Origin: Rhodospirillaceae bacterium
GTDB lineage: Bacteria; Pseudomonadota; Alphaproteobacteria; Rhodospirillales; UBA2165
Reading direction: 5' to 3'
Assembly: GCA_947467145.1 (NCBI GenBank)
Contig: CANIGJ010000010.1
Coordinates: 21,396 to 85,395 of the forward strand
DNA length: 64,000 nt
Position 1 is the first letter of the stretch. Every line of letters starts with the position of its first letter. The position numbers were made by a program, and so were the translations under genes. Of this stretch, positions 29,043 through 38,759 are shown piece after piece. The notes under the pieces were generated by a model. That model had not been told where the DNA came from. It ran no database searches and saw only the letters and a list, made by a program, of their open reading frames with translations.

Positions 29043-30068
29043 ATGGCGTATAACGGCACTAAAGTTCTCGACATTCACGCCCACGTCTCGTTCCCCAACA
29101 ATGGCGGTAACGTTCTGGCCTCGATGCTCGCCAGCAACACGCCGACCAAGGCGGACCCGCGCAAGGCCGGCGGTCTTCCGGAAGTGGGCATGAGCGAGCA
29201 GGCGATCACCACGCGCATGAACCGTCACATCGAGCTGATGGACGAAGCCAATATCGACGCGCAGCTCGTCGGTCCGCGCCCCTACATGATGCTGGGCAGC
29301 ATGCAGCCGCATATCTTCAAGGCATGGGTTCGTTTCAACAACCACATGATCGCGAAGCAGTGCGAAGTGCATCCGACCCGTTTCGTCGGCGCGGCACAGC
29401 TGCCGCAGAATGCGCATGCTGAAGACCTCAAGCATTGCCTGCCCGAGCTCGAATATTGCCACAAGGAACTGGGCTTCGCCGGCATCTATCTCAGCCCGGA
29501 TCCGACGGGCGATCGCAACTCCCCGGGTATGGACCAGAAATACTGGGACCCGGTCTATGAGTATGCCCAGAAGAACAAGATGGTCATCATCGTGCACGGC
29601 ACCAACTGCAATGACCCGCGCATCGCGACCATCCCGCACAACTACCAGATCGGTTTCGTCTGGGAACAGTACCTGGCGACGCAGCTCCTGTCGCACGGCG
29701 ACGTGTTCAAGCGCTTCCCGGAACTGAAGGTCGTCGTCTGCCATTGCGGCGGCGCGCTCGATCGTTTCATCAAGACCGACCATCACTTGGCGCAGAAGGA
29801 TCTGAGCAAGAACCTGTACTTCGATACCTGCGCGCTCGATCTCGACTATCTCGAAGCGGCCATCAAGCAGCGTGGCGTCAACAACATGCTGTTCGGCACC
29901 GAAACCCCGGGTTCGGGTAGCGCGGTGCGTCCGGAAACGGGCCGCCCGTCCGACGATCTCGTTCCGGTCATCTCCAAGATGAGCTTCCTGAGCGAAGCCG
30001 ATAAGCTGAAGATCTTCCATGGCAACTCCGCGGAAGTCTGCCCGGCGCTGGCGAAGATCGCCGCCTAA
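29043..30068 (+). CDS. Amidohydrolase family, LigJ/LigY-like (4-oxalomesaconate hydratase or meta-cleavage compound hydrolase)
   Basis: DIHAH, PRP, AQLPQ, PELEYC, PDPTG, FPELK, HCGGA, FDTC, FGTE and PETG pattern follows LigJ; AGGAG RBS. Confidence 0.75.
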   Translation: MAYNGTKVLDIHAHVSFPNNGGNVLASMLASNTPTKADPRKAGGLPEVGMSEQAITTRMNRHIELMDEANIDAQLVGPRPYMMLGSMQPHIFKAWVRFNNHMIAKQCEVHPTRFVGAAQLPQNAHAEDLKHCLPELEYCHKELGFAGIYLSPDPTGDRNSPGMDQKYWDPVYEYAQKNKMVIIVHGTNCNDPRIATIPHNYQIGFVWEQYLATQLLSHGDVFKRFPELKVVVCHCGGALDRFIKTDHHLAQKDLSKNLYFDTCALDLDYLEAAIKQRGVNNMLFGTETPGSGSAVRPETGRPSDDLVPVISKMSFLSEADKLKIFHGNSAEVCPALAKIAA

Positions 30069-30096
30069 GCTAAATCGCTTTCAAGCGATCCGAAGG

Positions 30097-30130
30097 GCCC
30101 GTGCGGGAAACCGCACGGGCTTTTCTTTTT
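30097..30130 (+). terminator. Intrinsic terminator
   Basis: GCCCGTGCGG-GAAA-CCGCACGGGC followed by TTTTCTTTTT. Confidence 0.85.
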
Positions 30131-30987
30131 TAAGGTTTCAGATGTCGGGTGAAGAATTCCGTCAGCGGCGCATAAAGTTGCGGTGACTGTAATTCCTGGG
30201 ATTCGACATAGATAAGCGAGATATCACCGCCGCGCGCTTTATACAGGCGTGTGAAGCGTTCGAGTTCGTTTGCATCTGCCCCGCCACCGCCGGTATCCGG
30301 ATCGCGATAGATATGTGCGACGTCCGGCGTGCCCTGCACGATGAAGGCGGGCCATAAATCGAATTTTTCACCACGCTCCAACGCTAGGACGGGGCTGCCT
30401 TCGCTCATCGCGGCGGCGGTTTTCCAATATGTCTCGTGCCGGTCGGGAATATGGATGGCCCATTCAGGCGGATTGGCTGTCTGTTTCGCCTGCACGGCGC
30501 GCCGGTAGCGCGACAGGGGATTGATCACCGGGCCGATCACGCCGACGCACCGCACCTTTGCATCGAATCCGTCGAGCTTGAGGGCCGTGTAGCGCGGATC
30601 GTTCGGGCGTATCGCGGCCAGCACGGCCAGATGCCCGCCGCTGGACGCTCCCGTCAGACCGACGCGGTTGGCATCGAGCCCCAGGTCTTTCGCATGCGCC
30701 TTGAGCCAGCGGATCGCGTAATTGATGTCGGCGAGGGAGGTCGGGTACCCGTCCGGCCCTTGGCGGAAATCTACGGCCGCCGAGGCGATGCCGGCTTGGG
30801 CCCACATCTGGTTGCGCATGGCGCAGGACAGGCGGTCGTTGTTGTTCCAAGCCCCGCCATGGGCATCGACGACAACGGGAAACGGGCCGGCGCCGACGGG
30901 GCGCGTCAGGCGCAGCAGCAATGGACGCTCGCCATGGCGGATATATTCGATGTCTTCCGACGTGAAATGTTGCTCGCCGTCCGGCAT
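30130..30987 (-). CDS. Alpha/beta hydrolase (HSL-like esterase)
   Basis: HGGAW oxyanion motif, GASSGGHLA nucleophile; start at MPDGEQ after AAGGA. Confidence 0.8.
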   Translation of the reverse strand: MPDGEQHFTSEDIEYIRHGERPLLLRLTRPVGAGPFPVVVDAHGGAWNNNDRLSCAMRNQMWAQAGIASAAVDFRQGPDGYPTSLADINYAIRWLKAHAKDLGLDANRVGLTGASSGGHLAVLAAIRPNDPRYTALKLDGFDAKVRCVGVIGPVINPLSRYRRAVQAKQTANPPEWAIHIPDRHETYWKTAAAMSEGSPVLALERGEKFDLWPAFIVQGTPDVAHIYRDPDTGGGGADANELERFTRLYKARGGDISLIYVESQELQSPQLYAPLTEFFTRHLKP

Positions 30988-31057
30988 GAGACTGTCCTTC
31001 CCTATATTTGTTGCTACCATCCTAGCAGCGCAATTGCCGTTTAGAGAAGATGCCGCG

Positions 31058-31546
31058 ATGACCCATGACCATTCCCACGGAGCCGACAAGCCGCGCTGGA
31101 AGTATGACGGCGTACGGGTCATCAAGGGCGATCAGCTCGATCCCAATACCGCACAGACGCCGGGCATGTTCCGCAAGGTGGCGATCGATCACGCCCGCGT
31201 GGGGGCGCAGAAAATCTGGGCGGGAACGGTGGCCATTGCGCCGGATGCCAAGACGGGCGTGCATCATCATGGCGCGCTGGAAAGCGTGATCTTCGTGATC
31301 CGCGGCAAGGCGCGGATGCGCTGGGGCGATCGGCTGGAATTCACCGCCGAGGCCAATGCCGGCGATTTCATCTTTGTGCCGCCGTATGTGCCGCATCAGG
31401 AAATCAACGCGGATCCGGATAACGCCCTCGAATGCGTTCTGGTTCGGTCCGACAACGAGGCGGTGGTCGTCAACATCACCGATGTCGACCCGGTTGAGAA
31501 ACCGGAAGCGGTCTATTGGGTCGATCCCATTCACAAGCACCCATAG
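31058..31546 (+). CDS. Cupin domain protein (RmlC-like)
   Basis: KTGVHHHGALES, GDFIFVPPYVPHQEIN. Confidence 0.85.
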   Translation: MTHDHSHGADKPRWKYDGVRVIKGDQLDPNTAQTPGMFRKVAIDHARVGAQKIWAGTVAIAPDAKTGVHHHGALESVIFVIRGKARMRWGDRLEFTAEANAGDFIFVPPYVPHQEINADPDNALECVLVRSDNEAVVVNITDVDPVEKPEAVYWVDPIHKHP

Positions 31547-31623
31547 AACCCTGCCGCATTTGACGTCTCCACGCCATAATTGGGCCTGCAACCTTTGTCG
31601 TGCCTCGGGTGTTATTACCCGCG

Positions 31624-32697
31624 ATGCCCGCAAAACCCAAAAAGTCAGACGACAAAATCTCGGTTTCGGCGGTTGCCGAACATGGCGCCGCGGTGCTGCC
31701 GGCGGTGACGGTTGATTCCTATAATGTCGAATTGAAGGATGCCGAAGGCTTCATCGGCGATCGCACGACGAACGGCGCGTTCCGCGACATCCTCGACGAT
31801 TGGCGCAAGCGGCTGAAAAAGGTCGATGAGGATCCCCTAGGCGACACGCCCAGCGATGAGTTGAGTAAAAAGGAACTCGATAAGTTCTTGAACTCCGACG
31901 ATCCGGAAGTCGCCGGCATGATGCACGAGGCGATTGGCCAGTTCGCGCAGGAACTGTCCGGGGTCATCCGCCGGTTCTTGAAGCTAAAAGATTGGAAGGA
32001 CACTGAACGCCTTGTCGTTGGTGGCGGCTTTCGCCGTAGCCAGATCGGCGAGCAGGTCATCGGCCGGACTTCAGTACTGTTGAAGGGTGACGGTATGGAT
32101 ATCGATCTCGTGCCGATCGGTCATCATACCGACGAGGCGGCCCTGATCGGCGCCGTTCATCTGGCGCCATCCTGGATTTTCGCGGGTCACGATGGGATTT
32201 TGGCCGTCGATATCGGCGGCACCAACATCCGTGCCGGGATCGTCGAATTCAACCGCAAGACCGACCCTGATCTCGCCAAGACGAGTGTGAAACACGTCGA
32301 TCTATGGCGTCATGCCGACGATGCGCCCAACCGCGAGGCTGCCGTGGAGCGGCTGATCGCGATGTTGAACAAACTCAAGCGCGATGCCGATAAAGCGAAA
32401 TATCACCTGGCGCCGTTCATCGGCATTGCCTGCCCAGGGATCATCAATGCCGATGGCACGATCAAACGTGGTGGCCAAAATCTGCCCGGCAATTGGGAAA
32501 GTGCGAAGTTCAATCTGCCGCGCCGGATCTCGGAGGCGGTCTCCATCGACGACAGGCATCCGACGGCTGTGGTGATGCACAATGATGCCGTGGTGCAGGG
32601 GCTGTGCGAAGTTCCGTTCATGCGCGGAGTTAAACATTGGGGCGTTCTGACGATCGGCACGGGGCTCGGTAACGCGCGCTTCACCAATCGCGAATAA
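31624..32697 (+). CDS. ROK family protein (sugar kinase-like)
   Basis: AVDIGGTN, GIACPG, HNDAVVQG, LTIGTGLG. Confidence 0.85.
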   Translation: MPAKPKKSDDKISVSAVAEHGAAVLPAVTVDSYNVELKDAEGFIGDRTTNGAFRDILDDWRKRLKKVDEDPLGDTPSDELSKKELDKFLNSDDPEVAGMMHEAIGQFAQELSGVIRRFLKLKDWKDTERLVVGGGFRRSQIGEQVIGRTSVLLKGDGMDIDLVPIGHHTDEAALIGAVHLAPSWIFAGHDGILAVDIGGTNIRAGIVEFNRKTDPDLAKTSVKHVDLWRHADDAPNREAAVERLIAMLNKLKRDADKAKYHLAPFIGIACPGIINADGTIKRGGQNLPGNWESAKFNLPRRISEAVSIDDRHPTAVVMHNDAVVQGLCEVPFMRGVKHWGVLTIGTGLGNARFTNRE

Positions 32698-32736
32698 AGC
32701 CGCACAATCCTCCGACAGTTAAAGTGGGAGGATATC

Positions 32737-32973
32737 GTGCAGGATCCAGATTTACCCGATTTGTGGAAAGAGCTGCCGGCGCAGTTGGCCGCGATTGTCT
32801 GTGTAATCGGTACGACACTGGGGGCCTTGCGGGCCAACGGCATACTGACGTCCGAGGATACGTCGGATATTTTTACCCTGGCCGATCATCTGCTGCCGGA
32901 ACATGCGGGTACGCACGGGGCATCGACTTTGGCGGCCATGAAAGCGATTGCCGATCGTGTCGCCCAGAAATGA
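32737..32973 (+). CDS. Hypothetical small protein (78 aa)
   Basis: GTG start with GGAGG RBS; fills an intergenic gap; helical composition. Confidence 0.55.
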   Translation: MQDPDLPDLWKELPAQLAAIVCVIGTTLGALRANGILTSEDTSDIFTLADHLLPEHAGTHGASTLAAMKAIADRVAQK

Positions 32974-32983
32974 GTGCGCCCGC

Positions 32984-33430
32984 TTAGGCGCCGACCAAGG
33001 TCAATAGTTTCGCCGCGATATCCTTGAGCGGCAGGACATCGTGCACGACATTGGCGGCAATCGCGGTGCCGGGCATGCCGAAGACGATCGAACTGGCCTC
33101 GTCCTGGGCGATAACGTGCCCGCCGAATTTATGCAGCGAAAGCAGGCCATCGAGACGCCATCGCGCCCCATGCCCGTCAGAACGACGCCGATCGCCTCCG
33201 ACCGGTACACATTGGCGACCGATTGGAATAGATGGCTGGCGGACGGTTTGAACCCTTCCATCGACGGCCATGCTGACATTCGGCGCGCAAGATCCACGCA
33301 GCCAGTCGGCAAAGCCATCGACAAATCCCGGCGTGATGTGCTGCACCACGAGAATGGGCAGCGGGAAGTTGCCCGACAGTTCCGATAAGATGCGATGCAA
33401 CGCGGCCGGCCCGCCGCTGGTTGGACCCGG
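32984..33430 (-). pseudogene. cheB: Decayed CheB methylesterase domain
   Basis: GGPAAL..ILSEL..FPLPILVVQH (frame A), FKPSASHLFQSVA..GVVLTGMGRDG (frame B), AQDEASSIVFGMP (frame A); internal deletion; no receiver domain or start. Confidence 0.8.
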
Positions 33431-33811
33431 CTAGGCCGGCGTAAAGAACGGGATCGGCGGGCCATTGTCGCTGGGCATGAGCTTCAGCTTTACGCGTTGC
33501 CCTATCGCCAGCTTGTCGTAATCGCAATCGACCAACGCGCTCAGGATCGTCGGACCGTCGTCGAGCGCGACAAACACCGGCGCGGATGCGATCGCGCCCT
33601 TCTGGCGGACCAGCGAGAACGAATAGATCGTGCCGTTGCCGGATATCGGCAGCCAAGCCACGTTCCGGCTCATGCAGGACGGGCAGAACGGCCGGGCATA
33701 ATAAAAGCGGTTATTGCAGTCCTTGCATTCCTGAATCTGGAAGCGTCCTTCGGCGAGCGCATCCCAATAGGGTTTGGCTTCAGGGCGGATTTCGGGGGCT
33801 GGGATTGCCAT
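33431..33811 (-). CDS. Zn-ribbon/OB-fold protein (DUF35, ChsH2-like)
   Basis: PYWDALAEG, CKDC...CPSC, GTIYSFS, IGQRVKL. Confidence 0.9.
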   Translation of the reverse strand: MAIPAPEIRPEAKPYWDALAEGRFQIQECKDCNNRFYYARPFCPSCMSRNVAWLPISGNGTIYSFSLVRQKGAIASAPVFVALDDGPTILSALVDCDYDKLAIGQRVKLKLMPSDNGPPIPFFTPA

Positions 33812-33815
33812 GTCT

Positions 33816-34982
33816 CTATTCCCTTTCGAGGATTACGGTGGCGCCGCAATGGTCGCCGGAGAGGGTTCCGCCCGTGCCGTGGGCGACAACGAAGTTCGGA
33901 TCCGGAACCTGGACGGCCGGATGTGCTTCGCCGCGCGATTGGCGGACGGCTTCAAGGATCTTGGTCATGCCGCCGCGATTGCCCGGATGATTGCTGCACA
34001 AGCCGCCGCCGTCCGTATTGAACGGCATCTTGCCGACACCCGAGATTAGGCCGCCATCGGCGACGAATTTGCCGCCTTTGCCTTTCTCGCACAGGCCGAT
34101 GTCTTCCAGCTGCATGATGACGGTGATGGTGAAACTGTCGTAGAGCGAGGCGTATTTGATGTCGGACGGTTTGCAGCCCGCTTCTTCGAACGCGCGGGGG
34201 CCCGAATAACGACCGGCGGACCAAGTTAGATCGACCTTGCCGCCCTCGTTGTGTTTCACGAATTCGGAGGCACCCGCGACCTTCACCAGGGGGCGCTTCA
34301 GACTGCGGGCGATTTCGGGACGTGTGATCACCACGGCGCCGCCGCCATCGGTCACGACGCAGCAATCGAGCCGGTGCAGCGGATCGGCCACCAAGGGTGA
34401 ATTCAGCACATCCTCGACCGTGACGACATTGCGCATCAGCGCATGCGGATTGTGCTGGGCATGGTGCGAAGCTGCGACCTTCACCCAGGCCAATTGCTCC
34501 GAGGTCGTGCCGTATTCATACATATGTCGGCGCGCGACCATGGCGTACATGCCAGCCGGGAATGTCCGATATGGGCCGCTGAACGGTGCTTCGGGGGCAC
34601 CGCGCGAATCGACGCCGCCGAGGCTGAAGCCCAGGCCTTCGGCGACCTGCGTGTCGCCCATCGTGATCAATGCGACATTGCAGCGCCCGCTGGCGACGGC
34701 TTGTGCGGCATGGTGGACCAGGACGAGATAGGCCGAGCCGCCGGTGTCGGTGCTTTCCACGTAGCGCGGCTTGAGGCCGAGATAATTTGGCACATTCAGG
34801 GGCCCTAGGCCCGGCGCTTCGCTGGCGCAAAAATAGCCGTCTACGTCGCGTGTCGTCAGTCCGGCGTCTTCCAGGGCGCCGATCGCCACATCGGCGTGCA
34901 GCTGCGCGAGCGAGATGCCGTCCGCGCGTCGCGTCGGATGCTCGTAAATGCCGGCGATATAGGCTTGTCCGTTCAAACTCAT
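33816..34982 (-). CDS. SCP-x/Ltp2-type thiolase-fold protein
   Basis: HRLDCCVVTDGGGA, YDSFT, NTDGGGL, EAVRQ; the nucleophile Cys position reads TGGSA. Confidence 0.88.
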   Translation of the reverse strand: MSLNGQAYIAGIYEHPTRRADGISLAQLHADVAIGALEDAGLTTRDVDGYFCASEAPGLGPLNVPNYLGLKPRYVESTDTGGSAYLVLVHHAAQAVASGRCNVALITMGDTQVAEGLGFSLGGVDSRGAPEAPFSGPYRTFPAGMYAMVARRHMYEYGTTSEQLAWVKVAASHHAQHNPHALMRNVVTVEDVLNSPLVADPLHRLDCCVVTDGGGAVVITRPEIARSLKRPLVKVAGASEFVKHNEGGKVDLTWSAGRYSGPRAFEEAGCKPSDIKYASLYDSFTITVIMQLEDIGLCEKGKGGKFVADGGLISGVGKMPFNTDGGGLCSNHPGNRGGMTKILEAVRQSRGEAHPAVQVPDPNFVVAHGTGGTLSGDHCGATVILERE

Positions 34983-35019
34983 GTGTGCTCCCCGCCCTAT
35001 GATCCCGCAAAGGATTCTT

Positions 35020-35036
35020 TATCAGGTATCCTGATA
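35020..35036. promoter_or_regulatory. Palindromic operator TATCAGG-TAT-CCTGATA (putative MarR site)
   Basis: Perfect 7-3-7 inverted repeat about 40 bp upstream of the thiolase start, adjacent to marR. Confidence 0.6.
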
Positions 35037-35094
35037 CTTAGCAGCGTCCGGGAGGGACGGTCAACTGACTGAGATTGGGAAATGGGGGTAGGGG

Positions 35095-35637
35095 CTAGGC
35101 CGTCGCCTTGATGTAGCCCGCCAGGATATCGAGTGCACCATCGAGCACGGCGTACTGATGGGGGGCGAGCTGCTCAACAAGCTCCTGCTGCCGCTCGACG
35201 GCCCATTTGGAGACTTTCTTCTGGACCCGTTGTCCCCGGGCCGAGATACGAAAACGCGGACTACGCTTGTCGGCCGGATCGTCTGTCCGCAACACCAGCC
35301 CTTTTTCCACGAGTACGGTCACCGCGTGGCTGACCTGGGATTTATAGATCGCGGTTTCGCCTGAAATCGTCGCGATCGTGCACGGCGAATGCCAAGCGAG
35401 ATAACCCAGGACGTACCATTCCGCCGTGGTCATGTCGAAATGTGCGCTCAGGAATTGCTTGGTTTGGCGATCGAGCAGGCGGTGGATGAAGTTAATCCGA
35501 TAGGACAGATTGCTCAGCGCCGGCCAGGGCCCGATCTTCTCGTCACCCACCGAGAGTTCTGTGGACGACGAAAGATTAATCCTCCGACTTTGGTTGGGGC
35601 GGCTTCGTGCGATTCTGTTCATCGAGCGGTTGCCCAA
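35095..35637 (-). CDS. MarR family transcriptional regulator (start uncertain)
   Basis: EWYVLGYL, KSQVSHAVTVLVEKGLV, DPADKRS. Confidence 0.85.
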   Translation of the reverse strand: MGNRSMNRIARSRPNQSRRINLSSSTELSVGDEKIGPWPALSNLSYRINFIHRLLDRQTKQFLSAHFDMTTAEWYVLGYLAWHSPCTIATISGETAIYKSQVSHAVTVLVEKGLVLRTDDPADKRSPRFRISARGQRVQKKVSKWAVERQQELVEQLAPHQYAVLDGALDILAGYIKATA

Positions 35638-35698
35638 AGTGGAGGTTGGCTCAAGCTACTGCTTCTCGACATTTTGTACAAATACCCGACGACGACAT

Positions 35699-37417
35699 TC
35701 AGTCGCCGCGCGTGCCTTGGGTTTTCACGTTGAGCAGGGCTTGTGTGCCGCCATCGACGTGCTTGAGCGCGCGTTCGAGCGCGGCCGTCAGTTTTTCCGG
35801 ATCTTCCACGGCTTCGCCGACGCCGCCGCATGCTTCGATCGCCTTCTCGAAATCCGGCGAGGGATCGAGTGAGGTGAGCGGCATGATATTCGCACGCGAT
35901 GCTGGGCCGGTCGGATTAACCCGCAAGGTGGCGCTGCGCACGGCATGCCATTCGGCGTTGTTGCTGACGATGGTCAGGGTCGGCAGCTTCTGGGCGCGGC
36001 CGACAAAGTGCGCGGCGATGGGACAGCCGAACATATAGGCGCCATCCCCAACCGCCGCGATAACTTGGCGCTCGGGCGCGGCAAGTTTCGCGCCCAGCGC
36101 GCCGCCCAGTCCACGCCCAAGCCCACCGGCGCCACTATTGCCGAACGAGGAGTTGGGTTCTTCGTATTTGAGGAACGGCTGCGGCATGCCAAGCTCGTTC
36201 ACCACAATGGCATTTCTGTTCTTCACCTCGTTCAGGCAATGCGCCATCCACACGGGATGGATCGGGAACATCTTGCGGGCATCTTCGATCTGCTTGGCCT
36301 GACGCGCTTCGCGTTTGGCCCGCACATCGGCGATTTCGGCGCGGCGTTTGTCAATTGCCGCACCCTTGGCTTTGAGCTTGCCGCGCAAAGCTTCGTCGAG
36401 CATCACGATGGCGCGGGTGCTATCGCCCGCGATCAACACGTCGGCGGGAAAGCCGCGGAACGGGATGCGCGAATAGAGAGGATCGGTGCCGATATGGACG
36501 ATCTTGGCATCGGCGCGCGGGCTGGCGCCCGACGGCATCCAGGGCACCAGCGAATCCATCACCACGACCACGTCGGCCCATTCGAGCAGAGCCTTGTTCG
36601 CCGGCCCGACATTCATCGGATGCGACGTCGGGACGTTGACGTAGAAACCTTGCGCGACCGGCAGCGCATGATTGAGCGCCAGCGCGGACAGTGCGTCGAA
36701 CCCGGCGGCCGTGCCACCCGGCCGGCCCGCGACGATCAGCACGTTCTGCGCGCCCGCGATCAGATCAGCGGCCTGTTCGATGGCATCCGCATTGGGCGCG
36801 GGCGTGCTGTTGCCGAGCGCGCGCGCGATGGGGAGCAGAGGTTCGTTCATGGCCGGATCGGCCAATACTTCGCGGGGCAAGGTCATGTAGACCGGTCCGC
36901 GCGGTTCGCTCATGGCGATATCGAGTGCGCGACCGACGACGGAATCCACCGGCTGGCCGGCGCGCAACTCATAATCCCATTTGACGTATTCGCGGACCAT
37001 GCCGCCCTGATCGAAGGTTTCCTGTCCCCAATGGACGGTGCCGTTACGCGACGCCGGATGCCCGGTTTCGGTCGCGGGGCTGCGTCCGGCGGCAAGGAAG
37101 ACCGGGATATTCTCGCGGCTGACATTCATCAGGCCGCACAGCGCATTGGCAGTGCCGACGGTGACGTGCACCATCACGCCAGCCATCTCACCGCAGGTTT
37201 CGTAATAGCCGTTGGCCATCGATATGGCGACGTTCTCGTGCGGCACGAGGATGAATTCCGGAATGTCGCCGCCGGTTTCCTTGGCATAAGCGATACTGTC
37301 GACGATCGGCGTGAAATCCGTGCCGGAATTCGCGAAAATGTATTTGATGCCGCGCCGTTTGAGTGCGTGCAGATAGAGATCCGCGACCGTCTTGCTGCTG
37401 GTATTGGCGGAATCCAT
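35699..37417 (-). CDS. Thiamine pyrophosphate-dependent enzyme (acetolactate synthase/benzoylformate decarboxylase superfamily)
   Basis: FANSGTD, PHENVA, GPVYMTLP; GDGAY...NN ThDP motif. Confidence 0.9.
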   Translation of the reverse strand: MDSANTSSKTVADLYLHALKRRGIKYIFANSGTDFTPIVDSIAYAKETGGDIPEFILVPHENVAISMANGYYETCGEMAGVMVHVTVGTANALCGLMNVSRENIPVFLAAGRSPATETGHPASRNGTVHWGQETFDQGGMVREYVKWDYELRAGQPVDSVVGRALDIAMSEPRGPVYMTLPREVLADPAMNEPLLPIARALGNSTPAPNADAIEQAADLIAGAQNVLIVAGRPGGTAAGFDALSALALNHALPVAQGFYVNVPTSHPMNVGPANKALLEWADVVVVMDSLVPWMPSGASPRADAKIVHIGTDPLYSRIPFRGFPADVLIAGDSTRAIVMLDEALRGKLKAKGAAIDKRRAEIADVRAKREARQAKQIEDARKMFPIHPVWMAHCLNEVKNRNAIVVNELGMPQPFLKYEEPNSSFGNSGAGGLGRGLGGALGAKLAAPERQVIAAVGDGAYMFGCPIAAHFVGRAQKLPTLTIVSNNAEWHAVRSATLRVNPTGPASRANIMPLTSLDPSPDFEKAIEACGGVGEAVEDPEKLTAALERALKHVDGGTQALLNVKTQGTRGD

Positions 37418-37515
37418 ATATGCCTCCCATTCCCTTATATAATTGCGCGAACTCTAGCATTGAGGCTTGGGCGGCGCACTGTATTATCGGCGCCGTATCC
37501 TAAGGGGGGCGCAGT

Positions 37516-38205
37516 ATGAGTTATGAAATCGTCAAATTTCCCGATGCCGCCGGCAATCAGATTCCGGGCTGGCTGTTCCGGCCGAAAAACGGCAACGGCA
37601 TGGGCGTGTGCAAAATCCACGATATCTTCGGCTTGCGCGCGGATTACGAGAACGTCGTAAAGCCCTTCGTCGATCACGGCTACAACGTGCTGGTCCCCGA
37701 TATGTTCTATGACGTCGAACCCATCGACATCATCGATCCGGACGGCAACAAGCGGAAATCCTATCGCGGCCAGTCGAGCGTGGAACGCCATCTGGTGATC
37801 CTGGCGGCTGCCGTGAAGAAGCTGAAAAGCATGCCCGAAACCGGCGGCAAGGTTGGCGTGACCGGCTACTGCCTGGGTGGGACTTTATGCTACATCGCCG
37901 CCGCGCGTATGCCCGAGGTCGATGCATCTGCCGGCTATTACGCCACCAGCGCGCATGATTACGTGAACGAAGCGAAGAATATCAAACGGCCGCTGATGAT
38001 GCATATTCCGGAAACGGATCGCACGCATACGCCGGAAGATGCGAAGCGGGTACGCGATTCCCTCGATCCGATCGCACTTGCCAAATGGTTCATCTATCCG
38101 GGTGCTGTACACGGTTTCGCCAACAACGACCATTCCCGGTTCGATCCGGCGGCGACCGAACTGTCGAACAATCGGACGTTCGAACTGTTCGATAGCGTTA
38201 AATAA
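37516..38205 (+). CDS. Dienelactone hydrolase family protein
   Basis: HDIFG, GYCLGG, YPGAVHGF. Confidence 0.88.
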   Translation: MSYEIVKFPDAAGNQIPGWLFRPKNGNGMGVCKIHDIFGLRADYENVVKPFVDHGYNVLVPDMFYDVEPIDIIDPDGNKRKSYRGQSSVERHLVILAAAVKKLKSMPETGGKVGVTGYCLGGTLCYIAAARMPEVDASAGYYATSAHDYVNEAKNIKRPLMMHIPETDRTHTPEDAKRVRDSLDPIALAKWFIYPGAVHGFANNDHSRFDPAATELSNNRTFELFDSVK

Positions 38206-38237
38206 CGCCGCACGGATCGGTATGGCACGAGGCGTTC

Positions 38238-38759
38238 TTAGAGGACGTTCTCGTGCGTTTCCATCACCAGGAGTTCGCGCAGGCGGTTACGGCCCCGGCT
38301 GACGCGGCTCTTGATGGTGCCGAGCGCGCAACCGCAGCGTTCGGCCGCCATTTCATAACTCATGCCCGTGCTGCCCACGAGAATCAGGGCCTGCTTCTGA
38401 TCGACGGGGAGCTGCTGGATGGCGGCGTCGACCTCTTCAACGGTCAGCGACCAATCCTGTGTTTGCTCGATGGCGATGTTGTCCATTGCATCGTCGAACG
38501 GTGACAATACCTCGCGCTGGCGCTTCTTGCGGTCGGTGTAGAAGGTGTTGCGCAGGATCGTGTAGAGCCACGCTTTCAGGTTCGTGCCCGGCGTGAATTG
38601 ATGGATGTTGCTGAGCGCCTTGGCCAGGCCTTCCTGGGTCAGGTCGTCGGCATCCGCCTGGTTGCGGGTGAGGACTAGCGCAAAGGTGCGCAACGACGGC
38701 ATTAGCTTCACGATGTCGGCCTTAACGGATACCGTTCCAGTATTCATGAGAGCTTCCAT
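38238..38759 (-). CDS. ECF sigma factor, EcfG/RpoE2 (ECF15)-like
   Basis: LRTFALVLTRN..ADDLTQE, FTPGTNLKAWLYTILRN, SYEMAAERCGCALGTIKSRVSRGR; AAGGAGGAG RBS before ATG 38759. Confidence 0.88.
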   Translation of the reverse strand: MEALMNTGTVSVKADIVKLMPSLRTFALVLTRNQADADDLTQEGLAKALSNIHQFTPGTNLKAWLYTILRNTFYTDRKKRQREVLSPFDDAMDNIAIEQTQDWSLTVEEVDAAIQQLPVDQKQALILVGSTGMSYEMAAERCGCALGTIKSRVSRGRNRLRELLVMETHENVL

